A stretch of 63,264 bases of DNA, the filler included, from Hyphochytrium catenoides (Eukaryota > Protista > Hyphochytriomycota): NCBI GenBank assembly GCA_900088475.1. It is 8 parts of 8 records of this genome, joined end to end, with 100 filler letters (N's around TTAATTAATTAA, not from the genome) between each part and the next. Parts side by side here need not be neighbours in the genome. Positions count along the whole stretch, not along the records: positions 39,548 to 55,247 come from FLMG01001996.1; positions 55,348 to 56,356 come from FLMG01001938.1; positions 56,457 to 61,993 come from FLMG01000354.1; positions 62,094 to 63,264 come from FLMG01002729.1; 4 more parts are not named here. The stretch is one strand, 5' to 3'. How positions within the stretch are numbered: position 1 is the stretch's first letter; each line of letters starts with the position of its first letter. The translations under genes were made by a program, and so were the position numbers. Below the pieces are notes generated by a model. The model was not told where the DNA came from. It did not search any database and saw only the letters and a list, made by a program, of their open reading frames with translations. Positions 51,362 through 63,264 of this stretch are shown here, one piece after another.

Positions 51362-51605
51362 TAAAGAGAGAGAGAAAATGAGAGAGAGAGAGCGAGAGAG
51401 AGAGAGAGAGAGAGAGAGAGTTCCAATGGAGCGAGAGATATGAGAGGAAGGCAGAGACAAGAGAAAGGGGAGAGAAGATTAACGAGAGGATGAGGGAGTG
51501 AGAAAGTGGGAGAGACAGAAAAAGAGAGAGATAACGAGGCAGGATGAGAAAGGGAGGGAGGGAGACCCAGTAAAGGAGAGAAAAAGACAGAGAGAAAGAG
51601 AGAGG

Positions 51606-51670
<65 letters not shown>

Positions 51671-51875
51671 CGAGAGAGAGGGAGAGATGACATGGGTGTG
51701 GAAAGACAAAAGTCAGTGAGCGTGGTTAGAGCTAAATCATGAGATTGAGAACTCCACTCTCCTTCCCTTCTCTTTCTCTGATTTCTTTCCTTCTTCCTCC
51801 GAAGTGCTGCCTCACCCTCAAGCCCCCTCTCTCTCTGTCTCTCTCTCTCGGTCATTATCCTTCTCTCTCTCTCTT

Positions 51876-51934
<59 letters not shown>

Positions 51935-52036
51935 GTCTCCGAGAAGATCACTTACGAGCATAAAGAATGAGAACGACGCCCTCGATCCAGGTGAACGGGA
52001 ACAGGGAGATAGCTGTAGATGCCATGACTCTTTCTT
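48074..52036 (-). CDS. histidine phosphatase (phosphoglycerate mutase-like) protein with N-terminal hydrophobic segment; ends uncertain
   Basis: Exons: 52036-51956, 51323-51104 (IVFIRHGESEWN), 50680-50578 (DSSLNK), 50513-50408 (GIRQAREL), 49829-49575 (VSSNLRRAIET, LQEVSR), ~48875-48790 (VGHSLYFR) and 48135-48074 (QNCSVV). The RHG/R/H catalytic set is present. Some coding sequence is lost in N gaps. Confidence 0.88.
48423..48680 (+). repeat. ~137-bp tandem duplication within an intron
   Basis: GACATCGACAGA...TTAGGTGTCACTGGAGGTTCTG...AAAGCAAAGAGAAAGAGAGGG occurs twice. Confidence 0.85.
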
Positions 52037-52477
52037 CTGCAGACTCTCTCTCTCTCTTCTCTCTCTCTCCTTCTCTCTCTCCTTCGAGTGTGGAGAGTGA
52101 GGCTTATGGAGCGGGTTTACTTGGGTCTCACAGGAGAGAGGAGAGACTGCACTTTGTGCTTTGGAGACTGACGCTTTGCTGAAGTGAAAGCGCCGATGCT
52201 ATAAAGAGTTTCTTCCTTTGTCTTCAAGAGAGCGCTACGGCTAAGGGAGAGAGAGAGGCACGAAAGAAATATAGAGCGGCGAGCGACAGCAAAAAAGAGG
52301 GAGAAAGAGAGCGAGAGAAAAAGAGAGAAAGAGAGCGAGAGAGAAAGAGAGAAAGAGAGCGAGAGAGAAAGAGAGAAATAGAGCGAGAGGGAGAGAGAGA
52401 GTGAGACAGAGAGAGAGACAGAAAGAGAGAGAGACAGATAGAGAGAGAGTGAGAAAAACAGATAGAGAGAGACAGAT

Positions 52478-52522
<45 letters not shown>

Positions 52523-52750
52523 ACCAGGATCTTTTACCAGCGGACCATCCTAATGATTCCTCGTAGTAGTTGTGTTTGGGTGTTCGGTTGGTTACATCTA
52601 CGCTGCCAGCTTTATCTTTTGCTTGTAATTTCTTCTACTGTAGCAGCTGTAGATTCTCTCTCTTTCTCTCTCTGTCTCTCTCTGTCTCTGTCTCTCTCTC
52701 GCTCTCTTTCTCGTTTTCTGTCTTACCTTTGCGCTCTCTGTTCCCCCGTT

Positions 52751-52801
<51 letters not shown>

Positions 52802-54221
52802 TTCTCTCTCGCTCTTTCTCTTTCTCTCTCTTCTCTTTCTCTCTCTTACCCCTCCTCGCTTGGAACTCATCATCTTGTTTCGGTTCTTTCTTTCTGGGTC
52901 ATTGATTATCTTCCTCTATTATCATCTCGATCATCTGTCGTCTCTCTCAGGCCAACAAGAACTCGACAGAAAGAGAGAAGGACGCCGCCGGCAGCAAAAA
53001 GAAGAAGAAAGCATTAGAAAGCCTAATCATAATAGAGTTTGGCCGACTGAATCAGAAGAAGAAAGAAAGAATCATAATCTGCAGAGAGTATTTGTTTTCC
53101 AGAGGGATGATGATGAAGATTATTGCGTCTTCATAATAAAAATCTGGACTGCTAAGCTCCTACAGAGATTGGCCCTCTGCTTCTCCTTCTCTTCCCCAGG
53201 TCTTTATAACATTCTTACCATATCGCAGCTTCTTCGCGCTGTGTGCCCCAAGAGGAAGGTCCTCTCGTTCTCCGAGGATTGGAAGGCAAAAGAAAGAAGA
53301 AGAAGAGAGAATTATCACGAAGGAAGGAAGCAATCTGCGGCGCCAAAAGAGTCTGGAGTTCCGAAGATTCTGCTTGAAGCTTTATTGTATCTTCATCGGT
53401 TAATGCTGCAATCTTAGATGAAGATTTATCGCATCTCCACGGTAGATCCTGCTTTGGTTGTTGCCTCTTCTTCTATGATTGATGCACGTCTATCGATGGT
53501 AGGTTAAGCCTGCTGCAAATATTTTTGCAGATGAAGATTATTGCATCTGCAAACAGAGCTTTCTGAGCTGTCAGCAAACAAGATAAACATATCACATTAG
53601 CTATTTCTCTTTCTCTTCGAGAGTTCCACCAAGACGTCCGTGTTGTCTATCTATCTATTGAGCATACTGTTCTTATCTAGTCGTCCGGACACTATAATAT
53701 CTGTGAGATGACTGGGTTTCCTTCTTCTTAAGGGAGAGCTGAGTCTGCAGATTTGTTTTTAAGATAGTGAAGATTATTGCGTCTTCAGAATTGCTGTCGG
53801 CTCATCCACTCGCTTTTGATCGACCTCAACGGCGGAGAGAAAGAGAGAGAGAAGAAGACAGAGATTGTGAGGTCGTAGTAGAATCTCTAGGCAATGGACG
53901 GCAAAGGAGACAGATCTCTCTTCTCTCTTTCTGTCTCTTCTCTCTTGACCCGTCCAAAGGCGAGAACAGAGCAAAGATTGAGAGAGAACAAGCGAGAAGA
54001 GAGAAAGAAAAGAAAGAACCTAAATAAGATGTTCAACAAACCTTCGCTGCTGCTGTTTAGAGAAGGATCTTCTCTCTTTTCTCCCTTTGTCTCTCTTTCT
54101 CTCTCTCTCTCACTCTCTCTCTCACCTGTAGAGCTTTCTCCCTCACTTTCTCTCTCTCCTTTTCTCTCGTCAGTCTTGCTCTCTCTCTCTCTCTCTCTCT
54201 CCTTTTCTCTCGTCAGTCTTG

Positions 54222-54255
<34 letters not shown>

Positions 54256-54406
54256 CTCTCTCTTAAACTTGTTCTTCGCTTCATCCTCCTCGTTCAGCTG
54301 GCACCATCATTTAGCAGCGAGGATTATTCTCCCGCGCTTCAATTTTCTTCCTTCCCTGTCACGTTCAGAGTTCTATGCTTCTTTCTTTCCCTGTCTCGGC
54401 GTCTCG

Positions 54407-54445
<39 letters not shown>

Positions 54446-54719
54446 CTCCCAGGCATGTTTCTCTCCTTTGCGTATCTTTTTCTCGCCTCCATCATCGGCT
54501 TTTGTTCCCTTCCGTCCTCGCAAAAAGCTGGCATGCTCTCAGTAGATTCTTGAAGCTGCCTGCTGGGTGGCCCTCTCTCTTTCTTTCTCTCTTTCTCTCT
54601 CTCTCTCTTTTCTTTCGTTGTCTCCATCATCGAGAACCTTTGTACTGGGTGAACATTAGGCGCCATTGTTCCGATTTCTTCTTCTTGTTCGAGGAGAAAA
54701 AGGGAGAGAGAAAATAGAA

Positions 54720-54763
<44 letters not shown>

Positions 54764-54925
54764 AGAGAGGGACGGCGTATCTTCTTGGAGATCTAATGAC
54801 GAGAGAGAAGGGAGGTCCAGTATCTTTCTGTTGGGCGCAGGGCACCAGCAGGGCAGAGAGGAGAGGATTGGAGAAGGAACTAGATTAACTTGGCATTAAT
54901 CGTCACTCTTTTTTCCATCTTTTCG

Positions 54926-54961
<36 letters not shown>

Positions 54962-55375
54962 CTCCCGTATACCTTCATCCCCTCTCTCCTCTTTTTCATA
55001 TCCTCCTCCTTCTCCCTTTCTTTCTCTCTCCCTCTTTGATGCTTTCTCTCTCTTTCTTTCTTTCTCTGTCTGTTGCTCTGTCTCTTGTTTCTTTCTCTCT
55101 TCCTTCTTTTCTCTCTCTCTTCTTGCTTCCTCTGGAGTCGTATCTTTCCGTTACTCATCTTTCAACTTCATGATGAAGATCTCTTCTCTTTGCAGGGAGA
55201 GACGGGTAATGGCAGCAGGTGGCGGAAGAGAGAGAGAGAGAGAGAGANNNNNNNNNNNNNNNNNNNNNNNNNNNNNNNNNNNNNNNNNNNNTTAATTAAT
55301 TAANNNNNNNNNNNNNNNNNNNNNNNNNNNNNNNNNNNNNNNNNNNNTATGACTGAATATCTTAGCGTTTATTTG

Positions 55376-55425
55376 GAATAGTTGGCATAGTCAGAATAGC
55401 TCTAGTTTATGGGACCCCAGTTGGG
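55376..55425 (+). repeat. dispersed repeat shared with 62458-62507
   Basis: GGAATAGTTGG..TAGTCAGAATAGCTCTAG.TT.TGGGACCCCAGTTGG occurs on two different scaffolds. Confidence 0.85.
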
Positions 55426-56456
55426 CTTATAAGTGGAGCACTCTCATATAATGACATTGTCCAATCATCCCATATAATCCAACACTTTTTCGTGTTGTCT
55501 GTGTGTCTGTCTGTGTGTGCGTGTGTCTGTGATCAAAATTTAACTATTTGGTTTTTCACTAATCATTGTTTGGGCCTTTTCTTTGGGTTGGCTCTTGGTG
55601 CACGTTGGTGATATGAAAGGGGTCAGAGAAGAAGCGAAAGGGCTTTTATGAACATAACTCGAATTTGTAACGCGAGACGCATCACCATAAACCGAGACAC
55701 ATCGCGTGCGTCTACGCGAATGTTGTCCCCTCATTTTACCTGAGACGCATCACCTACAGTCCTGTATTTTTAGCTGTAGGAGCTGAGGGTGGAGGTGACA
55801 TGTCACGCGACTCCTGCAGCAGTCAAGAGTTGAGAAAGTTTCGCCATTCACTCACTCACTACTCTGCTGTACGAAGCGTGGGTGAACGAGTAGGGAGATC
55901 CTTTAGAGAGTCTACCTAGGAAATACAGATAGAACTAGTGCTCAGTTCTAGTTCTACATGTAGAAGGAATGAAGAGTTCTTGGTTTTATTATTTGTACAA
56001 CTAAATCAGTGATCCAAGCATCTTCCACTAATAATACAGCCGAAGGCTGGATTACGCACTAATAACGTCGGGCAAGCCCTAGGCGAAGCCTAAAGCTATT
56101 GATACAATCAGGGGTGAGATAGAGCAAGTCCTAACCACTCCCACAGCTGCGTTAAGGCTGCAGCTTTCTAGAGCCTGCTGGATATGACCATGATGAAGGC
56201 ACTCTAGAAAGCGGAGACTCTAAACTTCCATGACCGGCACGAACATGTTGCGGCAGTCCATCTGAGCATCAAATTTACACGTCTATTATAATTTTGTAGT
56301 GCAGATGTATGGGATTCCTGTTTCGTAATTGGGTCTGCACTTTCAGAGACCGCTCTNNNNNNNNNNNNNNNNNNNNNNNNNNNNNNNNNNNNNNNNNNNN
56401 TTAATTAATTAANNNNNNNNNNNNNNNNNNNNNNNNNNNNNNNNNNNNNNNNNNNN

Positions 56457-57896
56457 GGATAGATATAGAGGTGAGCACCTCATAACTCACGCATAGCTCC
56501 TCCCTCCCCACCATCTACCCCTTCCTTCAATCAAGTCCTCTGCGAACCACATGTATATCCTCATATCCTGACCACATTCTAGCCAAGCGAAGTCGTCCGG
56601 AAGGCAGCGACTTTCCGTATCCTCAACCTTCACCTGCCCCACCTCTCTTGCTTTTCTTCCACGACGAGGTCACTGTACTTACCAGCACCGCGAGGCTTCC
56701 TAACAGCAGCTGCAGAGTCGTTATCTGACATAGACTCCCTGTAATGAAAGCGCGCAGTCGGTTAGAGAAGCTCTGAGATTGCAAAGGTAAAGTAGGTGGA
56801 CGAGAGTTGCATAGTCACCATTCCTACGGCTGATAACAAGGCCAAGTGAGGAGGAAGGTTCCCAGGACAGTGCAAAAGGTCGTGTTTACCTCTCGTCTTG
56901 CTGTTGAGCGGCGTTTTCCATTGTCTGTCTGTGTCTCTTTCTAAGGTTATTTAGGTGCAGTCTCATATAATGATTGTGCACTCCAACACTCAGAGCCTTC
57001 TTTACTCTTTCTTGCCCAATCACGTACTGGTCCATCCCTTGGAAGACTTGGCCAGGAGTGAGCACGCGGAAGCTATTTTTCTCCCCGTCGCCTGAGCTGA
57101 GCGTAGGAGATGCTCCCTCTTCAGTCGTGGGGGGAAGTGGAGGTGGCGACGAGAAAGATGTGGAGCCTGCATGTCCCCTGGACCTACTGTCATCTGCTTC
57201 CGCTGTGCTGGGCCTGAGGCTGAGTGCGTAACAAGTTTTGCAGCGCTCGCAGTACAGCGTACCAGGAACCTTTTGGCTATCTGTGGAGGTGCAGAGTTCA
57301 GAGCAGGTAGAATAAGGGAGAAGGTGCGTTATCAGGGAATCAAAGGATGGCAAGCTCTGGTCTATAGAGAAAGAGGAAGGAGAGCTAGGTGCGACATCAC
57401 TAAGTCCAAGAGCAAAAAAGACTGCCCATGACCCGCATCTCTTCTATTTCTTCTTCACGCAGCCTTCCCTCTCCTTTATTATTAACTCTCTTACCATGCG
57501 CTCCGCCGCCGGTCGGCCGTGTCACCATCACCTGCAGTTCGCCACGGCACTTTGGACACTGAAACGGTGGCGGCTGGTGCGCACTACCGCCTGACGCCGA
57601 AGACGCACAGCGACACTGTGACAGGGGCTTCTGTGGCTATTATGATGGAGAGGAAGAAGGGATCAACACTATTAGAAGGGTGTAGTCTTTCTCGGAGAGA
57701 AGAGAGCAGGCTCACTACTCGCCTCTAGAGGCTGCTAGATATGATAACGTCAATGCTGAGTCATTACCTGAGCGCAAATATATGAAGATGATGGCTGTAG
57801 CTGCCGAGCAAAGCCGTAGGTCAGCACACGGCCTCTACCTAGCCGTAGATTCCGCTGAGCGTGAAGCTCATTAACCACTCTACTGACTCTCCGCAT
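56457..57896 (-). CDS. CLPX: mitochondrial ATP-dependent Clp protease ATP-binding subunit ClpX, 5' part; exons 57896-57768, 57636-57495, 57280-56890 and short downstream exons
   Basis: An Arg-rich presequence (MRRVSRVVNELHAQRNLRL...) precedes a C4 zinc motif (CPKC...CERC, split by an intron) and the signature LTPGQVFQGMDQYVIGQERVKKALSVGVHNHYMR. Truncated at the scaffold end. Confidence 0.9.
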
Positions 57897-59196
57897 CCTG
57901 CCGCTCTGACCCTTATTGTCTTTGTGTTATTGCGTGTCTCCTGCGTGTCGTTGTCTCCCTTGTTCTGATGCTTCGCCGCTACCCTGCCAGTGAAATCAGC
58001 GCTACTTATCACGCCAGACTCGTTGCAGATACGCTGCCGAAGTTCTACGACTCAAGCCTCTCAGCACTCTCCTTCTATTCCAAGGCCTCGTTAGGCAACA
58101 GCAACAGAGAAGGCGGCAACGCGGTCAAGCGAACAGCGGGAGCTTCTGTTCCTCTTTGTCAGTTCATCAGGGAGAATGAGAGAGGAGAGAACGGGGAGGC
58201 AGAGCCGCGCTGCTCTTTGTGCGTCTCTCTCTTTCTCTCTTTCCCGTCCTGCTTGTCTCTCGTCTCTTCTTCTCTTTCTCTCTCTACATCTCTCTTGTAG
58301 GAGGTGCACGAGGTTATCTATGTCCTTCATGCTCTGTCTCACATGTAAATAGCTCTTTTATTCTGAAGCCTCCTGTCTCTCTTTCCTTCTGTCTTGCAGA
58401 GATCCTTATCTAGTGACTACTCTGTCTCACTCTGCTGTAGTGACAAGGGTCTGTTCTCAGCACAAGAATGTTGCGGAAGAGGAACATTCCTCTCCCTCTC
58501 TCTTTCCCTTCCGTCCCCTCCTCTCTCTTCTTGTCCTTCCTCCTCTCTGTCTCGATGTCGCTTCAACTAATAAAACCTCAACACCCATGGAGAATTGTGG
58601 GTTTGATGACGGAGTGTGTTAGCATTTTGTTAACTGTGTTTGAAAGAGCTCGTGGGTGTGAGAAGAGCATTGAGCTTTGGTACATACTCTTTGTAAGAAG
58701 AATGTGTCGGTATTACTACTGACACTGTGGCTTTAAAGACTAGGATAAAACCTCTCGGTGAACCACAAAGAAGTAGTACTATTCTATGGGACCTTACTAG
58801 GCGGTAGCGGCTCTGTTCCAGATATGTAGTTACCATAGGCGGAATTAGTCTTGTCTATGATCTTCGGCAGCTATGGGATCAGTCGAGACTGGCGGAATAC
58901 GTTTGAGTTTTACAGAGAACATCCTCTATGCTGTCGTGTCCTTTGGTGAAAAGGAGACAGAGTGAGAAAGAGATGGGAAATGCCCTGATAAAAACGTAGA
59001 AGTACGCAAGTCAGAGCGGGGAGGATATGTAAATCTTGAGTGCGGGCTTTGGCGTGAGAGGGACAAAGAAACAGAGGGAGACAGAGACAAAGAGAGAGGA
59101 CCACCCACGACGAGACAGAGAGAGACACACACACAGAGAAGGGAGAAGTAAAGACGGAGAGGAGCACAAGACAAAGAGGAGCACAAGAGACAGAGG

Positions 59197-59262
<66 letters not shown>

Positions 59263-59573
59263 GCACCCAATCATCATACGAGAATCATTTTGACACTTGA
59301 TGGCCGGGGCCTTGAAGGCCACTCTCCTGCCTCGACAACGATGGTCCGCCGCCCGCCTGGGGAGCTGGCCCGGCTCACTCTCAGGTCAGCAGCAGCAGTG
59401 GCAGCAGAGGAGGGCCCTCAACAACCGCGACCATCGGCCCACAAATAGCACTGGGGTGATCTCCTCACGCTCTGATCGCCAGGACAGGAGCACCATCCAA
59501 CAGAAAGAGAGAAGAGAGAGAGAGAGAGATTCTCTCTTCGAACCATCAGCTTGAGAAGACAAACTTTGTCCTC

Positions 59574-61993
59574 ATGGCGCATAAGGCGCCCTTCTTCCGC
59601 TTTGTTCGATTCTTCTTTCTCTACCTCGCCTTCTTGGTCCTCCTGCCTACTTCGGACAGTGCTGACCAAACACGCGTGGACTCTGAAGAGCAACTTCTCT
59701 CTCCTTCTCCTGCTTTGTTTGTCTGCCCGGAGAACTCCTATCCGCACACGGAAGAGCCGCAATCGTTCTCAGACTGCACGTGTGAGGCTGGATATCAGCG
59801 GAGTGGAGAGGGCGAAGATGCAAGCTGCGACTTCTTCTGCCCAGATCATTCGTCTCCTAAGGATCCGTCCTCTCAGCCGTCGTCGTTCTCTGATTGTCAG
59901 TGCGACGAAGGCTTCACAGCTGATCTCTCCGCTGCATCTTCCTCTCTCCCCTCCTGCTATTTTGCATGTCCTGCACACGCTACCTCGTCTGTCTCTCTCT
60001 CTGGAGACCTTAGCGGCTGCTCCTGCCAGCGCGGCTTTACTTTGAATCATGCCTATAGAGCTTGTGAGTTCACTTGTCCAGCCTTCATGGTGCCCAAGCC
60101 ACACATTCTTCCCCAATCTATAGAAGATTGTGAGTGCGCTGAAGGCTATGAGAAAGCGGAAGGAGAAGAAGGAGAAGGCGAAGTCTGTCGGTCCCGATAC
60201 AGTTGTCCCGCCCATTCTTCCCCTCACGATCACCAGCTCGCGCCTCGGAGCTTTGACGATTGCACATGTGATCACGGCTATCAAAAGATCAGCACACAAG
60301 GACCGATAGGGAAAGAGCGGTGTCATCCTGTCCCTGTCTCTACCTTCGCATGTCCAGAGTTCTCTCGCCCTCATAAGGCAGTGGCTCGGAGCATTGAGGA
60401 TTGCCAGTGCCAGGACGGCTATGAGCTAGAAGGAGAGCTCTGTCTACTGAAGAAAGAGATCTATCGCTGTCCTGAGCACGCCTCTTCTCGCTTAGGTGTA
60501 GGCAAAGAGAAAAACTTCTCCGATTGCGCCTGTGTGGAGGGCTACAGGCCCAAAGCGAAGAAGGAAGAGTGTGAGGAGGTGCTGCCACCTCCACCCTTTG
60601 AGTGTCCTGCAGGAACTGTTGCAAGGCGCTGGCCTCCTAAAGCGCTTGAGGATTGCCTTTGTCCCTCAGGAGAGGAGGTCTCCAAGTGCAAGAGAGAAGA
60701 GCGAAAGAAGTTTCTGGTAGAGAAGAGAAGGCAGTCAGTCTGTCCTCCCTCTTCCTTTCTCGTCCAGTACCCAGTCAAGAACGCGCAGGATGACTGCCAC
60801 TGCCGGTGGGGCTACCATCGAGATACAGCTCATCCCAGAGAGAAAGGGATCAAACGCGAAAAGCTTCCCTTCTGTCTGCCTGACACACCAGGCCTAAATA
60901 TCTCGACCAATCTGAATGTGTTCCATTGTCCGCCACAGTCCGCGCCGCTTCATTCTCTTCCTAAAGATCTTAGTCACTGTGCCTGTCAGGGCGGCAGACG
61001 GCTGTCCAAGGTGACCAACCTTTGTGAGTTCCCTATGGAGGAGGTAAGCGCTCAAAGAGAGGTAGAGAGATACTCCAACGCCAGTCACTGTGGGACGCCA
61101 AGGGGCAGGACATTCGGGTTTATTATATATAGTAGCAGTAGGATGTGATAGAAGGAGCTATTGGCCGCATCACCAGCACTTGTTTTTGCATCTCTTGTAC
61201 CTCAGAAGCCCTGTCTTCCACTCTTTTCAAGGAAACACGTCTCTTCTTTCTAACCCTACTGGTGGGCCTTCCTCTGGCGTTGACTATCACCTAATAAATA
61301 CCCGTTGCGCTGTCTGTATCTTACAGGTCCTGGGCAGTACTCCCAGCAACGTGGCAGTCAACGGTTCTGAGGTGGCATACCAGCTGGTGGGAGGGAATAT
61401 TATGGTCACCCAGGGAGACATTGCCATCGGCGAAAGTCTTGGCCTCAATCATCAAGGAGGGCACGTCTTCAAGCTCAGAGGGATGTATGCGGATAAGAAT
61501 CAGAGTTTCTGGAACAACGTAAGAGCTCGAAGATGCGCTTGGCCCACCTTTACGGGTGACTGGAGTTTCTTTATCTTGCATTGTCACTATTCTTTGCCCC
61601 TGCCTTGGCCTTGTGTCGTAAGGTCCATTCCTTGCGGTGCCACGTAACCACCTATTCTGCTTCTCTCCAATGTCCTTCTTCTATCTGCTTGCTTGGCGCT
61701 CAGTCTTCCTCCTCTCCTGTCGTGATTGGCCTCTTACTCCGTTGTTGATGAGTTGCTACCGTTGGGGACACCTCTCTCTTGCTATCTAAACTCCTCCTTG
61801 CCTCGTCCTGACTGTTGGGCCCTTCCTGCCACAGGAGACTATATGTTATGCCATCGACCCATCAATACGTTCGAAGTCTGAAGTCATTCACAGCGCCATG
61901 CATCACATCAGGGCCACTACGGGCTTCCAATTCCTAAACTGCGACTCGTCTTCCTCCTGCACGTCTTCAAACGTCTCTCTTTGCAAGGACTAT
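59574..61993 (+). CDS. secreted Cys-repeat protein followed by an astacin (M12A)-like protease domain, 3'-partial; exons 59574-61043, 61327-61518, 61835-61993
   Basis: A signal peptide precedes ten F/Y-x-CP...DC-x-C-x2-GY...C repeats. These are followed by VAYQLVGGNIMVTQGDIAIG (astacin propeptide EGDI-like) and FWNNETICYAIDPSI...IHSAMHHIRATTGFQF...DY (astacin N-terminal pattern). HExxH is not reached before the gap. Confidence 0.72.
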
Positions 61994-62250
61994 NNNNNNN
62001 NNNNNNNNNNNNNNNNNNNNNNNNNNNNNNNNNNNNNTTAATTAATTAANNNNNNNNNNNNNNNNNNNNNNNNNNNNNNNNNNNNNNNNNNNNAGACAAC
62101 CCCCAATATTAATTCAAAGTGCTCACCATCAAATGATAAAATCTATCAAACCTTGCGTATACATCAACAGGTCCGGCGAGGATGGCAAGCTACCCATAGT
62201 GTCGACTTGTTGAATGTTCAGCTTCGACTCTTCACAGGAGTTCGAGCTGC

Positions 62251-63264
62251 GGGGAGGTGTTGGAGTTTGAGGGCATAGCTATGTGGACTACAAGCTGGCA
62301 AGCTTAACTATCCAAGTTTCAGGTCCAAACTCCTAATAGAAGCCGAGATATGAAGCAAACGAAATGTCCAGTTTATATCTATGGCTTATGGCAGTACCCC
62401 GGAATCTCTTCAAGACTGACTGTTCTATACAGGGATTTCTATATGACTGCGTTATTAGGAATAGTTGGAGTAGTCAGAATAGCTCTAGATTGTGGGACCC
62501 CAGTTGGACTTTCGTAAATAACCTGCTAAATTTGGCCCAAGCACTGACCTTACAAAGCAAGTTAAAGGCCTTCTCAAGAGCAAACTTGATGTGAAGGACT
62601 TAGAAGAACTCCAATACTTCCTGCGAGTTGCGGTAATTGGGGGTGGAAAGATCTTTGTTGAGTGATACAATGCTCGTTGTCAATAATCACTCTCTATACA
62701 CACCTAGCTCTCAGAGGCATAGTCGTTACCGGGATAAACTGTGTTATGGGTGAAGAGAGATGTGAGGAGAATTCCCTGACCTTTGCTTTTGAGCAAAACG
62801 ACTTTGTTAGGAGGAGGATGGTGTTGAGTGCTGCAATGCTCGTTGTCAGTAGTACAGTAGTCACTCTCTATACACACCTAGCTCTCAGGGACATAGACGT
62901 TACGGGTACACCTGTGTTATGGGAAAGAGGGATGTGAGGAGAATTTCCAGAAGAACACAGGAACAGCAGAGGAGAGAGAGATGATGAGGGAAGCTGGGCC
63001 GAGCAAAAAGATCTCGCGACCAGACTCTCAGGGCTCACGAGGATTCAGAGAATTCTCAATCATATATCAATACCCACCCCAGTCCCTTTGTTATCGTTTC
63101 CTCTAGATTGTGCTCATACAGAATCTTCAGGCATTGCCACCCAGCTCTGTAAAGTTCATCAGATGGAACGAGGCGCAGATTGATCAGCAGAGCACCAAGT
63201 GACCCTCATTGAGTCAATTCTGTTGAGAGCAGAAGCTGACAAGAGCTCTAAAAGGCTCACAGTT
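62251..63264 (+). mobile_element. nested copia remnants: PPT + LTR start, RT fragment, two related LTR-like 5' ends
   Basis: GGGGAGG-TGTTGG at 62251; KQVKGLLKSKLDVKDLEELQYFL at 62555-62625 (copia RT MKDLG..YFLG region); a ~120-bp direct repeat starting TGTTGAGTG at 62656 and 62822; another TGTTGAGA at 63221. Confidence 0.7.

Noticed and set aside
37644-55303. Dozens of ORFs rich in SLSLSL or ERERER, some looking like membrane proteins
   Set aside because: They are translations of (CT)n/(GA)n microsatellites, which lack stop codons.
57968-58300. ORF divergent from ClpX
   Set aside because: No recognisable motif, and it ends in CT microsatellite sequence.

Overview
Eukaryotic nuclear DNA (GT-AG introns, no operons), most likely from a protist. 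The gene families suggest a stramenopile or similar, but that is inference. The window is not contiguous: seven identical 100-nt spacers (N44-TTAATTAATTAA-N44) join eight scaffolds, so neighbours across a spacer cannot be assumed linked. Scaffold 1 (1-30959) holds the 5' half of a degenerate Ty1/copia element, a C-x4-C-x9-C-x2-H zinc-finger gene, a GT25 glycosyltransferase, a two-exon gene for an ~851-aa (TIR + beta-domain)x3 protein, a glutamate decarboxylase, and a multi-exon coiled-coil gene with a duplicated exon. Later scaffolds hold an MLO-like membrane protein, a CID-cyclin fusion, a histidine phosphatase, a mitochondrial ClpX (5' part), a Cys-repeat/astacin-like protease (5' part) and LTR debris. 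Many introns there consist largely of (CT)n/(GA)n. The best candidate for an undescribed system is the triple-TIR protein, in which only the third TIR keeps the catalytic Glu and each TIR is paired with an unnamed conserved beta-rich domain. The CID-cyclin fusion is second. All family assignments come from motif recognition by eye, not database searches.
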